Shown here piece after piece: positions 10,922-23,000 of a stretch of 64,000 bases of DNA. The notes under the pieces are model-generated. The model saw only the letters and a program-made list of their open reading frames with translations, had not been told where the DNA came from and did no database searches. Each line of letters starts with the position of its first letter. Position 1 is the first letter of the stretch. The DNA comes from Azolla caroliniana (lineage: Eukaryota > Plantae > Polypodiophyta), in the NCBI GenBank assembly GCA_043228905.1, contig JBHGNT010000001.1:5766001-5830000 (forward strand). Direction: 5' to 3'. The position numbers and the translations under genes are program-made.

Positions 10922-13900
10922 AGCGGACTATTGAAGCATGGGGCACAAATAGTCCGAGCAATCACAAGACCCCACAAGAAAGAAGAGTGCGTGGATTGCA
11001 AGGAGAAGCAACATGTGTCACACCTAGTGGCGCATGTAAACTAGTACTATCCGACAAGAAGCACAAGCGCCGGATACAAGAATTCGAGAAGATGCTGAAA
11101 GAAGAGAACATAATAGAAGAAGGAGAGTTCGTGACTCATATTATGGAAGAAGCCTCATTTAACGACACCAGCGACGAAATCGAGGACGTCGTGGACTTGA
11201 GCTATCTTCACAACTAACGCGTGATTTCGGTTAACTCCGTCAACATGTACGCTATCATCGATGAATACCGTCGTGGCATCTCGATGAAGGAAGCTGACAT
11301 CAACACGAAATATAAAACGGTGGATAAGAAGATCAAGCCAGTTGCGGTTCCGCTACCGGAAGATAGCTGGCAAAAGATGAAGGAAGTCGCTAACGATCCA
11401 AGCTTAAGAGATCCGAAGAAGATAGGTCATGTCTTCACCAAAGAGACGAAGGGGAAGCTACGAGTTGGAAAGGAGAATTTCCTTCTCCCTAAAGAGGAGC
11501 GAATATTTCGCAATATGCTTGAGAGACATGGGAAGGCTTTCGCATTCTTCCCACGAGAAATCGGATGCGCCGACCCAAAGGTTATAGAGCCGATGGTGAT
11601 CTTCACGGTGCCTCATGTTCCTTGGAATTTGAAACCGATACCGGTACCGAGAGCACACCTTCCGAAGCTGATCGAGCTCTTAAAGGAGAAGGTGAGTATG
11701 GGAATTCTAGAACCGTCGAATGCTCCTTATTCCAATAGGTGGTTCACGGTGCCGAAGAAGAATGGATCATTGCGATTCATCCAAGATCTTCAACCCGTCA
11801 ACAAGGTGACAATTCGAAATGCCGGTATCGGTCCGAGCGTGGACGAATTTGCCGAAGCGTTTGCGGGCCGGTCCATCTACTCCATTGGCGATCTCTACTC
11901 CGGATATGACCAATTCCAATTGGCGATCGACAGTCGGGACATTACAACCATGAGGACTCCGATCGGGCTTTTGCGGATGTGTACCTTACCCCAAGGCGCA
12001 ACGAACTCGGTGGCTCATATGGTGAATGCCATGAATAAAGTCTTGAAGGATTGCATTCCGGACATCACGATGCCATTCTTGGATGATATTCCGATAAAAG
12101 GATGTTCGGATGAGGAGAAAGATGAATCGAAAGATAAGGAAGGTTGTAGAAAGTTTGTTGTGGATCATATGAAAGATTGCGAGAAGGTGCTTCAAAGGCT
12201 CGAAGATGCGAATTTGACATTTTCGGGAGAAAAATCCGCATTTGGGCAACCGGAGATCTTGGTGGTAGGTCACTTGTGTGGAGCATACGGCCGGAAGCCC
12301 TCACCATCCAAAGTGAACGCAATCCAAGACATGAAAGAAGAATGCGAAAACCAAACGGAGTTTTGAAGGTTCCTTGGAGCGTGCGCGTTTTATCATATAT
12401 GGATTCCTCACTACGCTCATGTCGCCGAACCGTTATATGGACTACTAAAGAAAAGAATAAAGTTCGAATGGCGAGACGAGCACACAGCGAAGATTAAAGA
12501 AACTGCTTCTTGAAGCTCCAACACTCAGGAAGGTTGACTATGCCGAAGGGAAGCCAATTTACGTGACCGTAGATATGAGCCCAACCGGAATCGGGTGGGT
12601 CATCAATCAAGAAGGTGAAGATAATGCGCGATATGCCGTCCGGTTCGGAGCAAAGGTTCTCAGCGAACGGCAACAAAGATATGCCCAAGTCAAGCGGGAA
12701 CTTTGGGGTATTGTGTCGGCAGTGAAGACGGACAAAGATTACCTGATTGGGTCAGAAGTGATAATAGAGACAGATTGTCTCCCAATTCTCTGAATGGTCT
12801 CGGGATGTGCGACCCCAGATCTTGCTATGCTAAGGTGGATCGCCTACATCAAGTCTTTAAACCCAGAGATCCGTCACATTGCAGGGAAGAAGAACGCCAT
12901 GGCTGACATGCTGTCGAGGGCAAGATTTTCAAACGGAAGTAACATGGTTTCGGAAGATGAAGATGTCGCCCTCGACTTCTTCAAGATGGCTCGATTGTCG
13001 GCGGAAGACCAGGACACACAAACCCTCCACGCCTTCGACGAGAACGAGTACGAAGGAGAGTGGTTACTCATCGGTAGATTCCTAAGAACATTGACGACAT
13101 ATGCTTCGTTGACAAAGGAGGAGGCCCTACGAATCCGAAAGAAAGCTTACCGATACTTCTTGAAGGGAGGATTCCTTTGGCGACATCCAAAAAGAAGGAC
13201 AGGAATACCACGATGAGTGGTGGTAAAGAAAGAAGATCAAGAGACGTTGATGACCGAATTCCACGAGAGTGCTTGGGCAGGTCATAGAGGAACATGAGCG
13301 ACGTTCGAAAAGTTGAAGGAGAAGTACTGGTGGCCAAGCATGTACAAAGATGTACTCCATTTCGTGTCCACATGCGAAACTTGCCAAATATATTCAAATA
13401 TACGTCATCGTGATGAGTTAAAGCCGACATACCCACTCACCATACACTTCAAATGGATGGTGGATCTGGTCTCGATGCCAATGGGAGTGGGACAAATGAA
13501 GTACTTAGCGCTGGCAAGGGAAGACTTGACAAATCAAGTGGAAGGACGAGCCTTGAAAAATAAGACGACTTCAGCTGTTTGTAAATTTTTACTTGAAGAT
13601 GTTGTTTGCCGATATGGATGTGTAGGGAAGATAGTGGCCGACTGAGGGGAGTTGGACGCGCACGAAGCGACAGAGCTCTTCGAAAGACTAGGCGTGAAGC
13701 TCTCCCTCACGACTGCCTACAATCCAGAAGCAAATGGGAAGATCGAGCGAGGGCATGGACCTATCGTTAAAGCCATCGTACGGGCATGCAACGGTCGAGT
13801 CGGGAATTGGCCATGACTATTACCCTATGCCTTGTGGGCCGATAGAACGACACATAGCTCGGTGACAGGGTATATGCCAACGGAGCTTATGTATGGACAA

Positions 13901-14398
13901 AAGCCGATTATGCCCATCGAAAGGACGATCGCCTCATGGGTAGCGATACCGTGGGAGAACGAGATGAGCCGAGAAGAGTTATTAGCGGCGCGGATAAGGC
14001 AACTTGAAAGAAGACCTGAAGATTTAGAAAAAGCGCGAAAGATGATGAAGGCAGCCCGAGTAAGGAACAAAGTTCGGTTCGACAACACGCATCGACTTCG
14101 TCCCAAGAAGATTGAAGAAGGGGATTGGGTTTTGGTTTACGACGGCACCCTTGACAATCAACACAGTACAACAAGGAAGTTCGCAAGAAGATGGTTCGGG
14201 CCGTATGTGGTGACAAGTGCCAACGATAATGCCACATACCACCTTGCGGAACTAGACGGATCAAGGTTGGTCGTACCCATTGCGGGAAAAAGAGTAAAGC
14301 TTTTCAAGAAAAGACAAGACAAGGATCCTGACCTCGATTACCTCGACGATGAACATAATAGGCCGGATGAAAATGAAGACATGGAGGAATCTAATTGA
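10918..14398 (+). pseudogene. pol: Pol (RT with FLDD, RNase H, integrase) starting in the -1 frame; several stops and a frameshift near 12490
   Basis: LPQGATNS, PFLDDIP, TVDMSPTGIG, HESAWAGH...CETC, WFGPY motifs; several stops are consistent with CGA>TGA or TGG>TGA changes. Confidence 0.92.
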
Positions 14399-16325
14399 TC
14401 ATCGTAGCCGAAATCTCACTTCTTCTCTTCTTGGCACGTACCGGAGGACGTGCAGTTTGGTGGGGATGGATGTCGTGAAGATTTTCGGCAATAGTGTGAA
14501 AATCCCATAAAACGTACGAAATCGAGTATGAATCACATAGTACAATAATTGTGAAGATAACATTTTAAATAGATTTAATATCTAAGTACAAAATGATGGA
14601 GGTTTCGAATGCACTTTATTACACGAGAAACGGACAACTAAATGTCAAGATATGAGGGTATAAAGTTTGTGAAAGGAAAAGAGAAAATTGTGAGATATCC
14701 CACATAGGCACAACAAATACAGCTCTCATCATATATAAGGTGGAGCAAAAGATATTATCTTTGTGTCTATGTGTGGAGCATAGAGAGTTCAAGGTAACTT
14801 GAACTAAGAGTGGAGGTGGGCTAGCTACTTGTAAAAGGTTTTGGCCAACCAAACCGGACCGGCGATGGAGCCGGTGATCCGGCGAGGCATCGGTAACCGA
14901 CGGCAACCGGCGACGGCATCCAGCGAGGCACCGGTAACCGACGACATCCGACGAGGCACCGGTATCCAGCAGCATCCGGCGAACAGCACCGGTATCCGGC
15001 AACGGCATCCGGCGAGGCACCGGTAAACGACGGCATCCGGCGACGGCACCAGTAACCGACGGACGGCATCCGGCGAACCGGCGTCTGACGACTAGATAAA
15101 TAAATATATAAATATATAAATATATATACATATTTACATATACAAGGAGGGCAAGTAAGGATTCGAACCTCGCACCTCCAAGTTAGGAGTCAATTGGCTT
15201 ACCATTAAGCCATGCTATTTAGTTGAAATTATATTTTATCATTGTACTTTTACATGTAAATTCTCATACATGAGAGCTAAAATGAGTGACATGGTTATCA
15301 TGCACCACATGTAATACTTAAGCGCCAAATGGCAAACATGCAATTTATGCATGTCTTGTACCCTCACATGCATCATATGCATGAGAGCATCTATAAAAGA
15401 GGGAAGGGGGAGGAAAAAAAGACGGGTTTTTTTTATGAAAATTAAGAGGAAGAAATTCGTTATCAAATTGATCATGTAACTTGTTTCTTAAATCTAAAGT
15501 TAAAAGTTCAATCAATCTCTCTCAATCGTGTAATCTCAACTTCTCTCTTTCCCAATCTATCTTAAGTACTTTCTCGCTAAAGCTTGCGCTAAACCTTGTA
15601 CCAACTTTGAATCCTTCCGGTCCAGAACCCCGGCGGTTCTGCCTCACGATCCGCGCGTAGTGACGGATCTTCACGACAGCGTGCGTGGAGAACGAGGCGG
15701 GACCACGAGGGCCTTGGACTGAGAAATAACCGAATGAGAAGAGGGGAAGGAAACTACCAACGTAATCCGCACGCGCACGGACACACAGATTCGCAAGAGT
15801 TGCAACTAACTCCGAACAATGGGGACAGAATGAATGTAAGTGTATATATATATATCAAGGAGTTACAACCGGCAAGCCGGCGAGTGAAAGGCTCCGACGC
15901 CTGCACACACACACACACAAAACGCGAGATGGAGACTCTGCCGGAAGCACTTGGGCGTTCTGCGGAGCAGAGTCAGCCTCCCGAAAACCTGCACAGAACG
16001 ATTATCGAGAAGACAGAGGAGAAGAGCTCGGTTCTAGCCCGGCAACACCTCGTCCTCTACAAAACGCGATCCCCCCCCTTTCTTTTTTTAATACCTCTCC
16101 CTCTCTTTTATAGCCCAAGGAGGGAGGCCGTTACCACCCCTTACATCATGAAAGGACAGGGATACACCTTGATTCTCCCCCTACTGAATGTGTGCTACCT
16201 AGGATTTCGCCTCAGCCGATTTGTACCTACCTACATACTATACAACAAAACTTGTGCCCACGTGTAAGGGCCGGTTTACGCACGCTATACCCAGTTTCCG
16301 CCTAGGGACGGTTTTCTCCATGACA

Positions 16326-17177
16326 ACGGTTTTGTAGACCTTTTCAAGTCCTCAAACACATTGGTTCATTAGCCATCATCTCACTCTTCCCGATGGCGTT
16401 GAAATTCATCCAGTTTTTCATGTAAGTCGTCTAAAAGAACTTCTAGGTCCTGGCGAGAATACAGTTACAACCTAAACTCTGGTTACTTCTGAAGAATTAT
16501 CTTCTAAACCACATGTACTAGAATGAATTCTCAATGTTAAAACAAAAAATCTGCGTACTAAAATAATCCGAGAATTTAAAATTAAATGAATAGATAAATC
16601 TATCAAAGATGCCACATGGGAACGCGAAAATACTCTTAGAACTAACTTCCCTAACTTTCCATTGCAAGAGTACAATGTTTTACAGAGGGGGAGTATGTTA
16701 CGGGCATGACCATATAATATCCCGTGGTGAGAATTTACCGTAGTATTATATACACGTGGATAAGTGTGAGGGTTAAACGAGAGTGTAAAGAAGGGGATGA
16801 TTACTTTTAATCCTTGGGATTGAGACAACCCATTAGGCCAAGTGTGAACTTGCTTGGGGGCCTTGGGTCTCACAATAAATATGAGGTCTAGCTACCCTCA
16901 TTTCATCATCTCTTGACTATGTCGAGACTCTGTTTCGTGGTGGGTCAACTCTTGTAGCGAGCACGCCAGCACCAGGTACGACTCGACGCCACGACGATGG
17001 TATGGGACGTCAATCGAGGCTCGAGTCCATCTCGATCCCTTCACTCGGGGGCGGTGGGGAGGATCGACACCCTTCTTTCTCTCTCTCCTTTCTTATTTCA
17101 TATATAGTATATCCTTATCATATGCTTACATTAGATCATCACTCTTAACGCTTACTATGTCAAAATAGAGCATTACA
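16326..17177 (+). mobile_element. Chromovirus 3' end: integrase GPY/F region, chromodomain, PPT, 3' LTR about 16696-17177
   Basis: EIHPVFHVS; EFKIK*IDKSIKDATWERE chromodomain; AGAGGGGGAG followed by TGTTAC; LTR right end tentative. Confidence 0.75.
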
Positions 17178-18012
17178 ACTTGAGTTGCGATCCATGAAAA
17201 GAAGTGCTAGCTAGCATACTGCAACACTAGAGAAGAAGAGATATATCTTTCCCTCGATTGATATCAATCAATTATCCAACCATAAAATATCATGGATTAA
17301 CCACTTCTGCATATAAAAGTGTCATAGAAATTAAAGGGAGCATGAAATTGGATCTCAAACACCTCTTGATAAACTGAGAACATTTAGCTCATGTGGCATC
17401 TGAGGACATAGATTTCCTCTCTTTGGCAAAGAGACCAGACATTGATAAGGAAGCTAATAATGACAACAATATGAAGAAATGTTGTTAAAAACAACGAAAG
17501 AAAAAAAAGGAATTATCAAAATAATAATAGTAATCCATGAATTTATTATGTTATATTGTTGGTTATTGTTTTGTCCTAATATGCACTATTGAAAATTAAG
17601 TGAATAAATAACAAAACAAGAAGTCTATAATAAATCAATAATATGACTTCAAAAAGTCTAAAACAAATCCACCATAAGAAGTCTACAACCTACAAAGAAT
17701 TTGCCTCTGTGAACGAATCTAAAATAAATACACATGAAGAAGTCTACAACAAATCAACGATTGATTGGAATAAATCTAATGCAAATCCACAAGACGAAGT
17801 CTGCGACAAATTGAGAAGACTACGCACAAGTCAACTATTGGTGTCAACAAGTTTGATACAAATCCATATGAAGAGAAGTTCAAAATGTTTTGAAAAGCAA
17901 ATGGTTTTCGCAAACTAGGAGTTTTGGGTTACATAGAAGTCTAACAAACCTTAGCCACCATGTGGTGCCATGTGTCAATGGTCAACTCATAAGTTATTTG
18001 AAGAACGAGCAC

Positions 18013-18016
<4 letters not shown>

Positions 18017-18052
<36 letters not shown>

Positions 18053-18078
18053 CATACATACATACATACATACATACA
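18017..18078. repeat. (TG)n followed by (TACA)n microsatellite
   Basis: Direct inspection. Confidence 0.95.
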
Positions 18079-18689
18079 AACATAATTTATAGTTAAAAAG
18101 AAGTAGATATTCCACAACCAAGGAGCCGTATAAAGGACATATTTTTCATAGTTTTGTTGAGTTGATTAAAGATAAATGGATTTAAAAGAAATAGATTTCT
18201 AACGATTCATATTAAAATGAAAATCTCTTCTACTTGCTTGTCATCACATTCATTGTATATAGCAGATATTGCAACATCCTCGTTCGTGTCTCCTAACATT
18301 CTTAGTTCCCTTGGCCCATTGCACAAAGGATGTTGGTAGGAACTTCTCAACATTATCCTCTGTGGTACTTATGACGTTGCTTGCATGATGTCTTTCTTTA
18401 TGACAATGAAATTGCCAAACTTGTTTGACAAATGAATAGTTAAATTCCTAATAGTAGAAAACATTGCTTTAAAAAGTTATTCATGATTGAGAACTAAATA
18501 TTAAGATCATATCAAGTTTATAATACTTAACAATCAAGATATGAGCTCAATGAGTTTGTTTATCAGTGATTTTTGATAGGGTTTGACTATTTATGAGTTG
18601 CCTAATACATGTTTCAATTTCGTAGAGATTGCAAGAAATTGAAACACATTTGAAGCCATCTTTTGTGCAATGTTAGCATTAACATTCAA

Positions 18690-19155
18690 CAACGGTTCGG
18701 TTCGAGAGTGTCAAACTCTAAACTGTTTAAAAATATGAAACTTAAACCAAACCGAACCGAACTACGAAACTATTTAATCAAAACCGTTCAAGCTAAACCA
18801 TTACAAAAAATTCAACCTCAAACCAAATGGATTTAGGGATTCTCAAACCGTTAAACCTTTAAAACTGCGTGTCATGGTGAAGTTTCGGTTTTGAAATTAG
18901 TTTAAAATTCAAAAAATCAATTTTCAATATTTCAAATTTAATTTTCCAAAATTTCAAAGATATTTCCTAGAATGTCAAAATTAGATTTAGAATTAAAAGA
19001 TTGTTCAAAAATATATATAAGAAAATATTTAAGCAACAAATTCAAGTGTCAACCCTAAACCTTCAAACGTCGTAAACCTTTTAAACTGGAAACTGTTAAG
19101 CAAATAAAGGCTCAAACTGAGCCGAACTGAATTGTTTATCCCCAAACCAAACCAA
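18690..19155. repeat. AT-rich segment with repeated AAACCG/CGGTT motifs, possibly a non-autonomous DNA transposon relic
   Basis: Clustered AACCGAACCG-type motifs; no TIR or TSD identified. Confidence 0.3.
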
Positions 19156-20007
19156 TATTGTTTCTCCCTTTTCAAGCTCTACATAGCTTCTTTGCCTTTT
19201 CTGGCACATTTAAGTTTCCTTTAAAACAAAACAAGCTCAATAAGCATTGAAACAAACAAATTTTAATGTGATGGAAATCTTGTAGCTCGATTTACCCAAT
19301 TCTTAAATAGAATATAATAATATTTTAGACCTCGATTAAAGTTTGAAGTGGGATATTATTTAGTAACTTCATCGAACATCACTTCTTGGATTTTCAAGAA
19401 CACATTACAACTAAGACAAACAATTAGATACATGAATTGTAAAATGCAATAAGGATGACCACCTATGTTTGTAATAACAAGTGTGCCATATTTGCAAACA
19501 AGTGTGAGGTATCTATTCGCTAGGTGGGCCTAGCTTCATTGGCAAACTCGAAATCCCAAACCTAGTCTTAGGTTGAATCTGTCCAAAATGAGATTTATTT
19601 ATTTATTTTGGAAATATATGATGCCTTATTACATTCAAATGACATATTTATATAATACCTCTCCCTTAACTAGATTCAATGTACTTTTCTTTTTCTTTTT
19701 CTTTTTTTAAAAGAAGGTTCACCTTGGTATTAATGGAAAGATGCCGAAAGGCTACAGCGAATTCATACAATATATTACAACCCTCATATCCACATCAACC
19801 AGCATGTCAAGTATCAAAAGCCCTCATGTAGGGTTGTTCTAAGATGGGGGGATGGAAAAGGCCATCTTGGTAGAGCATATCTCCACTTTATTCTTTCTCC
19901 AAAAGAGGTGAAGACCTCAACGTTTTGCCAAATTTCGCGAAACTGTTGTTGTTTACGAATCACAACCTCAGGTTCACCAACTATTGCATCATATTGACCT
20001 CTTAAAG

Positions 20008-23000
20008 TGTTGGGATTTCGGTCCCTCCGGATGGGATGTCCGGAGATGAATGACGGCAAGCCCGGTTGCGGTTACGGAGCCGGATGACGAATGTACCCGG
20101 AGAGAGATCCGGATGACGGCAAGGCCGGTTCCGGTTACGGAGCCGGATGATGAAGACCCTGGCTACGGAGCCGGATGCTGAAGACCCCGGTAACGGAGTC
20201 GGATGACGAATGTACCCGGAGAGAGATCCGGATGCGGGGACATATTTGTGAATATGTTTTGCCAAGAGCCCTTTGAGGCTATATTTGTAAATAGCCCGAA
20301 AGTCATATGTGTATAAATATGACTTAGGGCAAACAGTTTAAATGTTGTTGCTTATTTTTCATGCGAAGTGAGAGCAGCCGAGAGAGAGAAAGAGAGAGAG
20401 ACGAAGAGGTCGTTGCCTCTGTGTATTACCGCCGCCTGTGGCGAAGACAGTGAGCTCAAGGTTGTTGCCTTGTAGCTTCACCATCGTACATCTCTGTTGT
20501 CTTCGTGCATATTGTATTTCCCGTTTTCTGTGAGTTGATCGATCCAGTTCCTCGGTTGTGGCCGAGCACTGTCTTTCAACAAAGTGGTATCAGAGCGACG
20601 GTAACACAGAAAATGGAAGGCGGCGGTAGTGGGCCTCCGGGCATGATGGTGCTGAATGCGCAGAACTACGCCGACTGGAAGATAAAGATGGAGGATCTGC
20701 TCATTGTTCGGGACCTGTATGAACCGATCGACAGGTCGGAAATACCCAAGGGGGTACTTGAGACGGAGTGGAGGCTTCTGAACCGGAAAGCCGTTGCAAC
20801 CATTCGGCAATACGTCGACGTGAGCGTTCTACAACACGTGGCGAACGACACCAACGCATATGAGATGTGGAGGAAGTTGTCGGGCCTCTACGAGAGGAAG
20901 AATGCGTTGAACCGGACCTCCCTGATGAGAAAGATAGTGAACCTCAAGTACCGGGACGGCGAGAGTATGGTGGAACACGTAAGCACGTTCATGGGATTTG
21001 TGAACCAGCTTGCGGCGATCAAGTTCCCGTTGGAGGATGCAATGCAAGCCATCATCCTGATGTGTACATTGCCGGACAGCTGGGAGAACTTGGTGGTGAC
21101 TCTCAGCACCTCCTGCACCGAAGATAACTTGTCTCTACAAACGGTAAAGACAAGCATTTTGAACGAAGAAGCGCGTCGGAGAGATAAAGAACCGGCCTCC
21201 AACTCGAAGGCGCTGCTTACCGAATCGGATCGGGGAAGACAATGGAACCGGAGTCCGCAAAGACGGGAGAAGTCGGGGACCCGGTCGCAGTCAAGAGGAA
21301 GGCCAACATGCTTCCACTGTGGGAAGCCGGGGCACTTCCGGAAGAATTGTCGGCATTACCGAAAGGACAACGGAGCCGACGACACCGATTCGAAGAAGTC
21401 ACCGGAGAGAAACGGTGCATACCGGGGAGCCACGGACCGGAGAGGTCCGGATCGGCGAGGGCAGGACCGGAAAGGAACGACGACACTCGCGGCAAGTGAA
21501 GAAGAGATAATGCTCATTACCGAAGAGAGGGAGCTGAACCTTGCCGGCGATGAGATGACCTGGGTGGTCGATTCCGGAGCGTCGTTCCACCTGACCCCGG
21601 AGAAGAAATACTTCTCATCCTACACAGCCGGTGAGCATGGCTGTGTCCGGATGGGAAATGAAGGTACATGCCGGATTGCCGGCATAGGAGACGTGTGGCT
21701 GATGACATCAACCGGATGCAAGATGCTGCTGAAGGATGTTCGACACGTTCCGGAGGTCCGATTGAACCTGATCTCGGCCGGGAGGCTAGACGATGAAGGC
21801 TACACGGGCAGCATCCGGAACGGTGTCATGAAGTTCAGCAAAGGGAGCCTGATAGTGGCTCGGGCCCGGAAGGTCAACACACTATACCTGATGAATGCCC
21901 GGTTATGTCCGGAAGAGCTGAATGTGGCAGCCGACACTGCCGGTGAGCTGTGGCACAAAAGACTGTGCCACATGAGTGAGAAGGGGATGAAGAGGCCTTA
22001 TTCCAGTGAAGCATGTGCACCTGGAGAAGTGCACCGACTGCCTGGCCGGTAAGCAAAACCGGACCTCCTTCCACTCAAGGCCACCGACGAGACGTAGCGC
22101 ACCATTGGAGCTGGTGCACACTGATGTGTGTCAGGTAGAAACGAAGTCACATGGCGGAGCCCAGTACTTCGTGACATTCATTGATGATCACAGCCGGAAG
22201 CTGTGGACGGCACCGTTGAAGACAAAGGACCAAGTGTTGTCCGTCTTCAAAGAACTCCACGCGAGAGTGGAAAGGGGATCCGGCAAGAAGCTGAAAGCGA
22301 TACGAGCGGATAACGGAGGGGAATACCGGGGGCAGTTCCAGGAGTACTGTCGCTCGAAGGGAATCCGGCTCGAGTTTACTGTGCCGAAGACGCCGGAACT
22401 GAACGGGCTGGCCGAGAGGATGAACCGGACCATAATGGAGAGGGTCCGGAGTATGCTGGCGCATGCGAAATTACCCAAGGGATTTTGGGCTGAGGCAATG
22501 TCGACGGCGACGTATGTGATAAATAGATCACCCTCAGTACCTTTGGACGGAGACACGCCGCAGAAAGTGTGGACCGGTAAGGAAGTGTCCTACCGGCATC
22601 TGAAGGTGTTCGGGTGTCTCGCATACGTGCATGTGGCAAAGGACCGGAGAGGAAAGCTGGATCCAAAGACCCGGCCATGCATATTCCTCGGTTACGGCGA
22701 CGACGAGTTCGGCTACCGAGTATGGGACCCGGTCGACAAGAAGATATTCAGGAGTCGAGATATCATCTTCATGGAGAACAAGACACTCGCCGACTGGGAG
22801 TCGGAGAAGAAGATGAAGAGCTCCAAGTCGACCGGTGAGGATCAACTCTACGAGGAGCAGTCCCGACCGGCAAGGGACCGGTGAGCACTCGAGGATCCGG
22901 CCGAAGACGGTGAAGAAACAGAACCGGCCGAAGAAGATGAAAATGATACCGGAACCGGCCCCGATCCCGAAATGGATTCGGATGAAGAAGAATCGGAAGA

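Larger units (their letters stand above)
7615..15678 (+). mobile_element. Full-length non-chromovirus Ty3/Gypsy LTR retrotransposon (tRNA-Trp PBS), defective
   Basis: LTRs 7615-8824 and 14471-15678 with 12-bp terminal inverted repeat TGTCGTGAAGAT/ATCTTCACGACA; TSD GCGT; PBS 8833-8849; order gag-PR-RT-RH-INT. Confidence 0.95.
4890..16325 (-). mobile_element. Internally deleted tRNA-Trp Gypsy element. LTRs 4890-5538 (interrupted) and 7595-7614 + 15683-16325 (interrupted); PBS 7574-7590; gag remnants; no pol
   Basis: Two similar LTR copies; flanks ACAA/ACGG restore the integrase codons KLAP-R-FC; PBS on the minus strand reads TGGTGAACCCGACGTGA. Confidence 0.85.

Noticed and set aside
17600-17918. 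91-aa ORF with repeated AAGAAGTCTACAAC-type units
   Set aside because: Degenerate tandem repeat with no protein signature
19525-19582. Other weak A/B-box-like strings (also about 58372-58428 and 59832-59896)
   Set aside because: Too degenerate and no boundaries; may be old SINE heads, which is also a caveat for the LTR cassette finding
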